Shown: positions 1 through 13,000 of the stretch, one piece after another
Position numbering within the stretch: the first letter of the stretch is position 1
How the letters are laid out: the number at the start of each line of letters is the position of its first letter
Assembly (NCBI GenBank): GCA_964016885.1
Contig: CAXHJY010000438.1
Coordinates: 1-17,592, forward strand
Length of the DNA stretch: 17,592 bases
Direction: 5' to 3'
Source: Eledone cirrhosa
Lineage: Eukaryota
Translations under genes and position numbers: made by a program
The notes under the pieces: model-generated
Told to the model about the DNA's origin: nothing
What the model saw: the letters and a program-made list of their open reading frames with translations, nothing else
The model's database searches: none

Positions 1-3462
<3,462 letters not shown>

Positions 3463-3712
3463 TACGATATTAAATAAATGGAAACTATATTTATAAAACC
3501 ATATTTATTTCATTATATATATTTCAGGGATATCATATTAAAAATATGGTATGCCTTCATCAGACAAAATACAATATAAACAGTCTTATAAATAGATAGA
3601 TTTGACATACCTTACACTTCAACTTCCATTTAAAAAGTTGATCTGGTAGTGAAAAAATGTTAGGGACAGTTATAGAGAAAAAAAAAGAAAAGAAAGAAAG
3701 AAAGAAAACGAA
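3463..3712 (-). repeat. Inverted pLTR copy (reverse complement of 6547-6790)
   Basis: By-eye alignment: two substitutions plus length differences in the A and GAAA runs. Confidence 0.95.
3506..3571 (-). ncRNA. Minimal type I hammerhead ribozyme motif (inverted copy)
   Basis: Reverse complement of 6682-6747; CUGAUGA at 3563-3557, GAAA at 3525-3522. Confidence 0.8.
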
Positions 3713-5190
3713 ACAATTTCGACATTACTATGGGATCATCCGACTCAGCTCAGGTAACGGACCTTGTGGGCCTATTTATAATTAATTCGCTGCATAGGAA
3801 AATACCCGGTGTTACCGGAGGATTATATAGAGATGACATGCTTTTACTTATTGAAAATAATAACTCTGAACTAAATAGAAAAAGAAAACAAATTACACAA
3901 TTTTTTAATTACTTTAATCTAAAAATAGAAATTGAGAATAACCATAGAATAGTCAATTTCCTAGATGTAACATTAAATCTCAACACATGTCTTCACTATC
4001 CATTTCACAAGTTGAATGAAAACTTGAACTATGTTAGTTTTAACTCTAATCACCCCAGATCTGTTAAAAATACTATAGTGAACTCTGTTCAAAAACGTAT
4101 CTCTAGAATCTCATCTAATAAAAAGATTTTCGACGAAAAAGCCCAGTATTACAATGAAGCGTTAGCTAGAGCAGGATATAGAAATAAAATTATGTACATA
4201 GATAATTGTTTCTACTTTAGGCACAAGGCCAGCAATTACCCAGTGCATTACTGGTACTTTATTTTATCGACCCCGTAAGGATGAAAGGCAAAGTCAACCT
4301 CGGCGGGATTTGAACTCAGATCGTAAAGGGACGTAACTATGCTGGAAAGCATGGCGTCCGACCCTGTACCGATACTGCCAATCCACCACCCTTTAGTTGG
4401 TGGTGGATTATGTACATAGATAATAATAGACAAACTAACCAAAATAACAACAATTTTAATTACGGCAACAACTTTAACAACTATAATAGAAAGCATTACA
4501 ATAATTCCAAAAGCCAAGAAAGAAACAGAACTAGAAACATAATATGGTTTGCCCCCCCCCCCCCTTCTCACTAAACATTAAAACCCACATCGCTAAACTA
4601 TTGTTTAATGCTCTTGATAATCGCTTCCCTAGAACACATAAGTATCACTCAATTTTCAATAGACATACTATAAAATTAACTTACTCATCCACCAAAAATT
4701 TAGCACAAAATATTAATAGAATAAATAATAGGAATTTAAAACCTAGCCAAAATACCGATAATAGCCTAAATAATATCCAAGTAAACAAATGTAACTGTAG
4801 AGATAGATCTAAATGTCCGTTAAATAACAATTGCTTAGTTAAAAATATAATATACAACTGTAATGTTAAAACGGACTTAAATTCTTTTAACTATGTTGGT
4901 TCCACCTCGACAGAATTTAAACTTCGCTATAATAACCACAAGAATTCTTTCACAGATCCAAGCAAAAAATCTTCAACATAACTATCAGGCTTACTCTGGC
5001 AACTTAAGCATGATAACGTTGGATATTCGACGGCTTGGAATATAGTCTCAAGAGGGATTCCTTTTAATTCATCTTCTGAGACATGTGACCTCTGCGCGGA
5101 GGAGATATTCTTTATACTAAAATCTAAAAATTCCCTTAATTCTGCAGACATAGATTGAACTCAACTTTTAAATATAAATATAAATTTTAA
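3712..5190 (+). pseudogene. Disrupted PLE polyprotein (RT C-terminal half, thumb, Cys linker, GIY-YIG endonuclease)
   Basis: Lesions: SINE insertion after 4206; a 13-C run at 4552-4564 frameshifting RNIIWFAPP/FS; premature TAA at 4979-4981 (SST*LSGLLWQLK...CDLCAEE continues in frame); frameshift between SLNS and the terminal CRH motif (5143-5151), whose frame ends at TAA 5188-5190. Confidence 0.88.
4207..4406 (-). mobile_element. tRNA-derived SINE nested in the PLE ORF
   Basis: A-box-like TGGCAGTATCGGT (4380-4368) and B-box GAGTTCAAATCC (4317-4306); central GCCTTTCATCCTTACGGGGTCGATAAAATAAAGTACCAG resembles octopus/MetaSINE-type domains (from memory); perfect 18-bp TSD ATTATGTACATAGATAAT at 4189-4206 and 4407-4424; removing it restores the PLE reading frame. 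Confidence 0.92.
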
Positions 5191-5703
5191 ATGTAGTATA
5201 TTTACTTAAGATTTGTAATTATTTATGAAACTCGCCGATAAATCTTTCGATTTCTTTTTTTTTTTTTAAACATTCTTCATGAATAATTAAACTACCCTAA
5301 AAGATGATGCTCCAAATATATCGAATAAATTTTACACTAGATAAACTTCTATAATAAATATAAGACCATCTGTAGTTCAAATGGGTATCCTAAACTTTTG
5401 GAATGATTTCTGCTAGACAGGATTTGGTGAATAATTTTGGTTTTGTTTGCTTTTGATTCTGATGCTTATAATGAACTTGGCAATATATTGTCAAATAAAT
5501 TTGAAGGGTAGATTTCTGTGTGTATTACGGCCCGAGATATTCTGGGAATTTTCTTGGCGTTTTAATTATATTTTTTAATATTTTTTTAAATATTTTTTAA
5601 TATTTTTAAATAATTTTAATATTTTTAATAATATTTTTATTGATATATTGATATCTGTTGTCTATTCTATGCTTGAACGATAATTTTAAATTTTAAACCT
5701 ATC

Positions 5704-5803
5704 GTACATACACACAAATATATATAGAATCTACATTAATTTAAAGGCAAGAATATTATTCTTAAAATTAATGTAGATTCTATATATATTTGTGTGTATG
5801 TAC
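5704..5803. repeat. Perfect 39-bp inverted repeat with 22-nt spacer
   Basis: 5704-5742 (GTACATACACACAAATATATATAGAATCTACATTAATTT) is the exact reverse complement of 5765-5803. Confidence 0.93.
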
Positions 5804-6247
5804 ACATATATGTATACTAGAATTTTTATAGCACAATGAGAATGTTTTCATGTGAAATAAGAATTTGCAGAGTTGATCACGTAAATTCACATGGATGTCT
5901 ATAGTGTCGAATCTGGGATAACCTTCTATTTTCTTTTCTTTTTTCATGAAAGTGCATATATACTTATGTATTTTTTTTAAAGTTTTATCTCAGTTCTGAT
6001 TATAAACCTAGGAATTTTAAACTAGACATATGATCATTATTTTTCACACATTATTGATACGTGTCTCATTCATGAATACTGATATTTACATTATAATACC
6101 TAATTCATACGAATTGATATTTTAGATTGATGAAACATAGTGTTTTAAATCTGCCTCGTTTATCTCTGGATATTTTTCTTTTATCTCTATGTAACGGCTG
6201 TTTTCTCTCATAACCACATATATCTCTCTCTACCTTAATACTATAAC

Positions 6248-6383
6248 TAAATAAATAAATAAATAAATAAATAAATGTATCATTGATACGTCATTCAACT
6301 GGTGCCCAACTACCTATTTTTCTCTCTCTCTATCTTTATCTATATCTATTTCTCTCTCTATTTTTTTCTCTCTCTCACTCTTT

Positions 6384-6415
<32 letters not shown>

Positions 6416-6580
6416 ATCTATCTCCCTCTGTTTTTTCTCTCTCTATCTATCTCTCTCTGTTTTTTCTTTACATGAATTTCTTCTCTCTATCTATCTCTCT
6501 ATATCTATCTCTCTCGGTTTTTCGTTACATGCATTTCTTCTTTTTCTTCGTTTTCTTTCTTTCTTTTCTTTTTTTCTCTA
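6248..6580. repeat. (TAAA)n followed by a (TC)n/(TCTA)n/(TTTC)n pyrimidine tract
   Basis: Seen directly; explains the spurious Leu/Ser/Phe ORF 6283-6693. Confidence 0.9.
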
Positions 6581-6681
6581 TAACTGTCCCTAACATTTTT
6601 TCACTACCAAATCAACTTTTTAAATGGAAGTTGAAGTATAAGGTATGTCAAATCTATCTATTTATAAGACTGTTTATATTG

Positions 6682-6747
6682 TATTTTGTCTGATGAAGGC
6701 ATACCATATTTTTAATATGATATCCCTGAAATATATATAATGAAATA
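6682..6747 (+). ncRNA. Minimal type I hammerhead ribozyme motif in the PLE pLTR
   Basis: Stem I UAUUUUGU (6682-6689) / AUGAAAUA (6740-6747), 8 pairs including 2 GU; CUGAUGA 6690-6696; stem II 6697-6727 with 12 of 14 pairs; GAAA 6728-6731; short palindromic stem III; AUA cleavage triplet ending at 6739. PLE pLTR hammerheads are established. Confidence 0.85.
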
Positions 6748-6876
6748 AATATGGTTTTATAAATATAGTTTCCATTTATTTAATATCGTAAATATACTCC
6801 AAATACTTGTTGAGTGCTTTTATATCAGTTATAAATATTTACTCGTTGTAACCCAACAATTTAAATAAAACTTTGC

Positions 6877-7052
<176 letters not shown>

Positions 7053-7127
7053 ACTCTTTTACTCTTTTACCTGTTTCAGCCATCCGGCTGAGGCCATGCT
7101 GGGGCACCGCCCTTGTTGCTACACATT
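7053..7127 (-). other. LINE 3' UTR: TCAGCC-GGAT-GGCTGA stem-loop and 8-mer tandem tail
   Basis: Stem arms 7076-7081 and 7086-7091; ACTCTTTT twice at 7053-7068. A stem-loop plus short repeat tail is typical of CR1/L2-group RT recognition sites. Confidence 0.8.
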
Positions 7128-10100
7128 TTATCTCCAGCCTGTATAGGTTGGCCACTGGTGTAGGAGGGAGTTTGTTGCTGCTGCCCTTAGGTTTCCCTCG
7201 TGTCTTGCTGTGGGCTCATCCGGGATCCTGGATAACAAGGTGTCGAGATGTTTCTTAAAGACATCCACCTCCACGTCATGCAAGTCCCGCAGATGCCTCG
7301 GCAGCCTGTTGAAGAGTTGAGGGCCCTTGAATCCCAGGCTATTGCAATACCTGCTCCTTATTCTAGATGTGGAAGACGGGACCTTTGGCACCACACAGTG
7401 ACGTCCTGTTCGACGGTTGGTCCAGCTCCCAATGCCAAAGTTTGGTGCTAGTCCCTCCAGGATTTTCCACATGTAGATCACTGCGTATCTCTCCCGTCTT
7501 CGCTCCAAGGAGTAGAGGTTCAGTTCCTTCAGCCTCTCCCAGTAGCTTGTCTCCCTCATCTTGGCAATCCTCTTGGTGTAGCTTCGCTGGATTGCCTCAA
7601 GCTCTGTGGTTAGTTTGACACTATGGGGTGACCACAGCTGGGAGCAGTAGTCCAGGCGGCTTAGGACAAAAGTCCTCCACAGTGTCAACATGGTGTCTCG
7701 ATCTCTTGTAAGGAAAGTCCTCAAGATCCAGCCAGCGAATCGTCTACATGCTGTCGCCACCTTCATGATGTGTGAAGAAAAAGATGCATCATCGCTCATG
7801 TCTATGCCCAGGTCTCGTATCGATTTTGACACGGGGATATCGGTCCCTCCTGGTCCTGTGTAGCTGTGTTCCGCTATATTTGTGTTTGTGTTTGCAGGTT
7901 TGTATTGTAGGGCTTGGAATTTGCCAGCATTAAACTGCATGTTGTTTTCTTCCGCCCATCTGTATATGGCATCCAGATCCTGCTGTAAGAGGGCAGCGTC
8001 AGCCGGGTTTTTGATTGCCTGTGCTACCTTAGTGTCATCAGCATAGCTAGTGAGGGATGTTGTTGCATGCACCACAGAGGGCATGTCCGAGAGAGCCACC
8101 AAAAACAGTAGTGGTCCCAGGACTGTCCCCTGAGGCACCCCACTTGTTATCGGTGTTTCCCTCGAGAGGGCCCCATTTGCTGCGACTGCCTGGCTTCTGT
8201 CCCTCAGGAAGCCATGCAGCCACTCACCTACTTTTCCAGTTATGCCGAGTCCGTGTAGTTTGTGACATATCATTCCGTGGTCGACCTTGTCAAAGGCCTT
8301 CGCAAAGTCAAGATATATCACGTCTACATGTGAGCTGTCTAGTAGCTGTCTCAGTACCCAGTCGTAGTGATGTAGCAGTTGTGTAAGGCAGCTTCTTCCT
8401 GGGCGGAAGCCATGTTGCGTGCTAGTCAGACGGTCATTTTCTTCGAGGAAAGTGATTAGTTTCTTTCTGACGACTCGCTCCATGACCTTACTGATATGCG
8501 ACGTCAGGGAGACTGGCCTATAGTTCTTGGCCTCCGCTCTACTACCTCCTTTATGGATCGGGCATATTGTGCCTTCTTTCAGCTCCCTGGGTAGTACACC
8601 GCTAGCCAAGGAGCTTCTGAAGAGCATCTTCAGTGGAGTTGCTAAGGCCCGCTTACATATTTTTAGGAGAACTGCTGGGAATCCATCAGGTCCAGCAGCC
8701 GAGTCTGTTCTAATTTCATCAATGGCGTACACCACATCCTCCTCCGTTATGTCTATGTGGTTGATGGTTGCCATTTCTTGATGTAGTGTTGTGGCATCAA
8801 AGAACTCCTCTGGCTTCGTTATTTGCATGTGCCTCAGTGGACATGTGAAGACACTTTTGTACTGTTCGTTCAGTATTTCACATATCTCTTGGCAATTTTC
8901 GGTTAATGAACCGTCCGTGTGGAAGAGTGGTCCAATCTTGCAGTGTACTGAGGCAGTTTCTTTTGCAAATTTAAAGAAGGCCTTAGGGTTTGTTTTAATG
9001 TTTTCTATGGCCCTGTTCTCTTTCCTTGCCCTCTCATTCTCATGTGAAAGCTTGAGTGCAATCTCGGTGTCAAGTAGTGCACGTTTCAAATAGGATTCCT
9101 TCTTGTTTTGGTTTTGTTGACTATTCAACTGGTTTGAGAGTTTAGTTCTACGTCTCATAAGGATTTTCCTATCTCTGGGAATAAGATTTTTGTGTCTGTT
9201 TGCCTCTTTCTCCGGGACACACTTTTTGCATATGGTGTGTATCGTTGTCATGAAGTGTTGAAATTGTGTGTTAGTGTCTTGTGTGGCGATGTTTGCACTC
9301 CATGTTTGCTTCCGGATTTCACTCTTAATCTTCTTCCAGTCAGCCCCGTAGAAGTTAAGGCTGGATAGCGTCCCGGAGCTTCTTGGTGGTTTTGTCTCTG
9401 TTGGTTCTCTTGGACCACATATCATTAGCTCTACCAAGTTATGATCCGAGAGAATTGTTGGTGTCACCTTTACATTGTGGATGAGCACTTCGTTGTTTGT
9501 AAAACAGAGGTCCAGGACATTTTCGCCTCTTGTTGGGAGGAGTATTGCTTGCTCCATGAACAGCCTGTGTGTGAGGGCCAGCAGGGATTCCGTCTGTCTC
9601 TGTTCTATTGACGTCATTCCAGGGAGGAGGTGGCCCTCAGGCCATTTGACCTTTGGTAGGTTGAAGTCTCCCAGCAGTAGGATGTTGAGACCCTGGTCCA
9701 GTTTGTCAAGGACCTCTTCTATCCTACTTAGGCTATCCTCAAATTTACCCTCATGACTGGGGGCATCGGGCGGCCGATATGTGACACATATTACCGTCTG
9801 TAGTTGCTTCATATGTATTATCAGTGTGTCACAGACTGAGTTTGAATGTGTCAACAGTACAATTGGTGTGACATCTTCACGGATATACAGAGCAACCCCA
9901 CCATGAGTTCTCTCCTTCCTGTCCGAACGAAATACAGTATATTTCGGTATATGTATTTCTGCATCTGCTATACTGCTTGTCAGGTGCGTTTCGGTTAGTG
10001 CCATGCATAGTGCTTGATTGCTTATGGCTAAGTCTCCCAGGTAGGAAATTTTACTCATGTTGCTGAGTTTCACCAGGCCCCTGACATTCAGCAGCAGCAC

Positions 10101-10169
10101 TGGTGTGACTTTTGGGGTGCCAGTAATGGCTGTCGGTATGACACCTGGTCTGGTGTCAGCGGCGGCCAC
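7128..10169 (-). CDS. LINE ORF2: apurinic-like endonuclease + reverse transcriptase (uninterrupted, >=1013 aa)
   Basis: APE motifs NVRGL, LTETHL, GGVALY, YRPP, GDFN, LDL, SDH; RT motifs [52 protein letters not shown]; C-terminal [11 protein letters not shown]. The listed start is GTG; the frame is open upstream to 10358. Confidence 0.97.
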   Translation of the reverse strand: MAAADTRPGVIPTAITGTPKVTPVLLLNVRGLVKLSNMSKISYLGDLAISNQALCMALTETHLTSSIADAEIHIPKYTVFRSDRKERTHGGVALYIREDVTPIVLLTHSNSVCDTLIIHMKQLQTVICVTYRPPDAPSHEGKFEDSLSRIEEVLDKLDQGLNILLLGDFNLPKVKWPEGHLLPGMTSIEQRQTESLLALTHRLFMEQAILLPTRGENVLDLCFTNNEVLIHNVKVTPTILSDHNLVELMICGPREPTETKPPRSSGTLSSLNFYGADWKKIKSEIRKQTWSANIATQDTNTQFQHFMTTIHTICKKCVPEKEANRHKNLIPRDRKILMRRRTKLSNQLNSQQNQNKKESYLKRALLDTEIALKLSHENERARKENRAIENIKTNPKAFFKFAKETASVHCKIGPLFHTDGSLTENCQEICEILNEQYKSVFTCPLRHMQITKPEEFFDATTLHQEMATINHIDITEEDVVYAIDEIRTDSAAGPDGFPAVLLKICKRALATPLKMLFRSSLASGVLPRELKEGTICPIHKGGSRAEAKNYRPVSLTSHISKVMERVVRKKLITFLEENDRLTSTQHGFRPGRSCLTQLLHHYDWVLRQLLDSSHVDVIYLDFAKAFDKVDHGMICHKLHGLGITGKVGEWLHGFLRDRSQAVAANGALSRETPITSGVPQGTVLGPLLFLVALSDMPSVVHATTSLTSYADDTKVAQAIKNPADAALLQQDLDAIYRWAEENNMQFNAGKFQALQYKPANTNTNIAEHSYTGPGGTDIPVSKSIRDLGIDMSDDASFSSHIMKVATACRRFAGWILRTFLTRDRDTMLTLWRTFVLSRLDYCSQLWSPHSVKLTTELEAIQRSYTKRIAKMRETSYWERLKELNLYSLERRRERYAVIYMWKILEGLAPNFGIGSWTNRRTGRHCVVPKVPSSTSRIRSRYCNSLGFKGPQLFNRLPRHLRDLHDVEVDVFKKHLDTLLSRIPDEPTARHEGNLRAAATNSLLHQWPTYTGWR

Positions 10170-10687
10170 TCTGGGTCCCTTAACTGCGGTGGTCTCGAGT
10201 GCTGGTGTGGATGACCCTGGCTCTGGAGACGATGCAGCCAGGTCAGCTGTCCCACAATCTTCTCTGCCATCACTAAAAAATTTTTCTGATCTGCTGCTGC
10301 CATCTGTATCTCGTCGGCATGTGCGTGCCTTCTCCTTGTTGGTGCAGCACGCGCGACATCAGCATACTTCTGGAGCGGCTTATTTCGGCTTTGGCTGGGG
10401 CATGTTGCGCGAGTATGATGGGCATAGTTCGTTTGAGACCTAGGGTGGGCGAATCTGCATCCCATCCCTGTCTCTCCATGCCAGCATGTCCCGTTCTTGA
10501 AAAACTTGCACATTACTTGGTGTTTTTTGCTCCCAGTGTCTCGGTGCTTTCTGTTCTTTCTTTGAACAGTTGTCCACCTGTCTCTGCGCTTGGTTCTCCT
10601 TCGGAAGGTGATTTCGCTTTTCACCTTTGCCCTTAGCTTGTTGGTTGCCCGGCCTGCCCTCCCTGCCTGTAGCGGAGGGTATATCAT
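10088..10687 (-). CDS. LINE ORF1 C-terminal part with CCCH zinc finger
   Basis: CKFFKNGTCWHGETGMGCRFAH (C-x7-C-x8-C-x3-H, 10510-10445); ORF1-type WTTVQRK and KYADVA motifs; Pro/Gln-rich tail overlapping ORF2. Confidence 0.78.
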   Translation of the reverse strand: MIYPPLQAGRAGRATNKLRAKVKSEITFRRRTKRRDRWTTVQRKNRKHRDTGSKKHQVMCKFFKNGTCWHGETGMGCRFAHPRSQTNYAHHTRATCPSQSRNKPLQKYADVARAAPTRRRHAHADEIQMAAADQKNFLVMAEKIVGQLTWLHRLQSQGHPHQHSRPPQLRDPEWPPLTPDQVSYRQPLLAPQKSHQCCC

Positions 10688-10693
10688 TTTCTT

Positions 10694-11047
10694 TCAGGTC
10701 CGTGCTTGTGCTCTCCTCCTTTTCTTTTTCCCTTTCCTTTTCCTCTTCCTTTCCCTCTCCTTCTCCTCATCCCTCCCTTCGGTTTTCTCCTCCCTGAGGA
10801 CACGGCTTAGCATCGCCATATGAGGCGCTATGAGGACATACGCCTTCTCAATTTCTTTTCTCTTTCTCTCTATCTGTACCAGGGTCCTCATAAACCCATG
10901 GCTCTTCAGGTTCTCCGCCATCTTTTTGCTTGGTGGAGACCCATCAGCCATAGTCCACCCCTTGATCAAAACCGCTAGTTCAATCTTCGACCAGTTTCGC
11001 TGACTCCTGATTTCACATTTTTCCCATTTTTCCTGCATGCAGTCCAT
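10694..11047 (-). CDS. LINE ORF1 N-terminal part with Myb/SANT-like (trihelix) domain and charged tract
   Basis: ATG at 11047. RNWSKIELAVLIKGW...KKMAENLKSHGFMRTLVQIERKRKEIEKAY fits the trihelix pattern W-x3-E-x2-LI-x2-W...A-x2-L-x3-GF-x-RT-x2-Q-x3-K-x7-Y. Same frame as 10088-10687, separated by one TGA. Confidence 0.7.
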   Translation of the reverse strand: MDCMQEKWEKCEIRSQRNWSKIELAVLIKGWTMADGSPPSKKMAENLKSHGFMRTLVQIERKRKEIEKAYVLIAPHMAMLSRVLREEKTEGRDEEKERERKRKRKGKKKRRRAQART

Positions 11048-11049
11048 TT

Positions 11050-11380
11050 CGCTGTGGAGGGGAGAAAGAGGGACAGTGGGAGGTGTAGAGTAGAGGTTAG
11101 AGAGGGACAGAGTGAGGGAGGGAGATAGAGATATAACTCCAGCGAGAGAAAAAGAAAGAGAAACAGAAGAAAAGAAAAGAAAAGGGGGAGACAGAAGAGA
11201 GGAGCGAGAGAGATAGCGGGAAGAGTGGGGGGGGGGGGTCAGAGGGAGAGAGAGAAGATAGATAGAGAGAGAGAGAGCTCGTTGATCTAGAGAGAGGGAG
11301 AAAGAGAGCTCGTTGATCGAGAGAGAGAGAGGGGGAGAGAGAGAGAGAGGAAGGAGAGAGATAGAGACAGCGTGAGAGCG
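11050..11380. repeat. (GA)n/(CT)n tract in the LINE 5' UTR, including a duplicated AGAGAGCTCGTTGATC (11272-11287, 11303-11318)
   Basis: Seen directly. Confidence 0.9.
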
Positions 11381-11930
11381 TGAGCAACTGCAGTTCATAA
11401 ATATAAAAATAAATTTTTAAATCTAAATTTAAATTAATGAATGGAAGAAACCGGAAGCAGAGATATAGAAACACGATGTAAATGTCTGTTTACAAATATA
11501 CGGATTTATTGTAATATCAGCATATCATACAAGAAACAACGAAATCGGGTCAAATACAGATAAGATTATACAAAATCAAACAAGATTATATCAAATTAAA
11601 TTATGTTACTCAGAAATATCAAAATTAATACAAAATTGCTTAAGCTAAACCAAAATGCTCTGTATGAAACAAAAATAGAAAGCACGTGTGTGTGTTGTCT
11701 CCCATGAATGAATCATACAGTGAAAATAAACATGTTCAAAACGGTAATATATGTAAAATATACTTCAAAATAATTGCGTCAAAGCACAAAAACTTATCTT
11801 TTTTGTATGTTTTCCTTGTCCTCTGAAGAATTAAAACCATACATAAATCCGATTACTGTCGATTTAAAATATTAAAATTTCAAATCCGGAGAGACGACAA
11901 TTCACGTCTTATACCAACAAGTGCCAAGCC

Positions 11931-11946
11931 TATATACATAGATATC

Positions 11947-11977
<31 letters not shown>

Positions 11978-11996
11978 ATGTATATATATAGATATC

Positions 11997-12028
<32 letters not shown>

Positions 12029-12056
12029 GATATCTATATATATATTTATATATATA

Positions 12057-12088
<32 letters not shown>

Positions 12089-12112
12089 TATATTTATATA
12101 TATATAGATATC

Positions 12113-12146
<34 letters not shown>

Positions 12147-12152
12147 GATATC

Positions 12153-12188
<36 letters not shown>

Positions 12189-12695
12189 GATATCTATATA
12201 TATATATATATATTATATATATATATATATAGATATATGTATATATATAGATATCTATATATTATATATATATTTAATATATTTATATATATATGTATAT
12301 ATATAGATATCTATATATATATATATATATTTATATATGTATATATATGTATATATATAGATATCTATATATATATATATATTTATATATATAGATATCT
12401 AATATATATATATATTTATATATATATTTATATATATATATATATTTATATATATATTTATATATATATATATATATGTATATATATAGATATCTATATA
12501 TATATATATTATATATATATTATATATATATATATGTATATATATAGATATCTATATATATATATATTTATATATGTATATATATAGATATCTATATAAT
12601 ATATTATATATATAGTATATATATATGTATATATATAGATATCTATATATATATATATATTTATATATGTATATATATAGATATCTATATATATA

Positions 12696-12794
<99 letters not shown>

Positions 12795-12795
12795 T

Positions 12796-12829
<34 letters not shown>

Positions 12830-13000
12830 CATATATTTATATATATATATAGATATCTATATATATACATATATATAAATATATATGTATATATAGATAT
12901 CTATATATATATATATATAGATATCTATATATATACATATATATATAAATATATATATATATATAAATATATATATATATAGATATCTATATATATACAT
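11931..13000. repeat. (TA)n-derived compound array with a recurrent TAGATATCTA palindrome
   Basis: Seen directly; recurring TATGTATATATATAGATATCTATA units. Confidence 0.97.

Larger units (their letters stand above)
3463..6876 (+). mobile_element. 5'-truncated Penelope-like retroelement (probably Naiad clade) with inverted 5' pLTR copy
   Basis: RT motifs FDITMGSSDSAQVTDLVG, GLYRDD and VNFLDVTLNL; thumb SNHP; CNCRDRSKCPLNNNC; GIY-YIG-type IIY...YVGST...FKLRYNNH. 3463-3712 is the reverse complement of 6547-6790. Both ends abut (TA)n. The clade assignment is from recall of the Naiad four-cysteine motif. Confidence 0.92.
7053..11930 (-). mobile_element. Apparently full-length CR1-group (Zenon-like) LINE, ~4.9 kb
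   Basis: ORF1 region plus APE-RT ORF2; short 3' UTR with a stem-loop and an (AAAAGAGT)2 tail; flanked by (TA)n on both sides. The 5' boundary is less certain, because 11400-11930 is compositionally distinct. Confidence 0.9.

Noticed and set aside
4300-4390. Functional tRNA gene
   Set aside because: A/B boxes are followed by a SINE body and bounded by a TSD; no clean cloverleaf.
4789-4981. Selenoprotein-type Naiad (UGA-encoded Sec in the four-Cys motif)
   Set aside because: All four Cys codons are TGT/TGC and the premature stop is TAA, not TGA.
4248-5151. Minus-strand ORFs 4248-4571 and 4927-5151
   Set aside because: Antisense to the PLE ORF or crossing the SINE junction; no motifs.
6283-6693. 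Leu/Ser/Phe-rich ORF; likewise 11097-11474, the first ~117 codons of 10694-11398, and 13355-13558
   Set aside because: Products of CT-rich simple repeats.
3463-6790. DNA transposon with terminal inverted repeats (also 14534-17159)
   Set aside because: The enclosed ORFs are PLE RT/GIY-YIG, not transposase, and the repeats are asymmetric (tail on one side only), as in inverted pLTRs.
7248-10823. Plus-strand ORFs opposite the LINE
   Set aside because: Antisense shadows of ORF1/ORF2 with no recognisable motifs.
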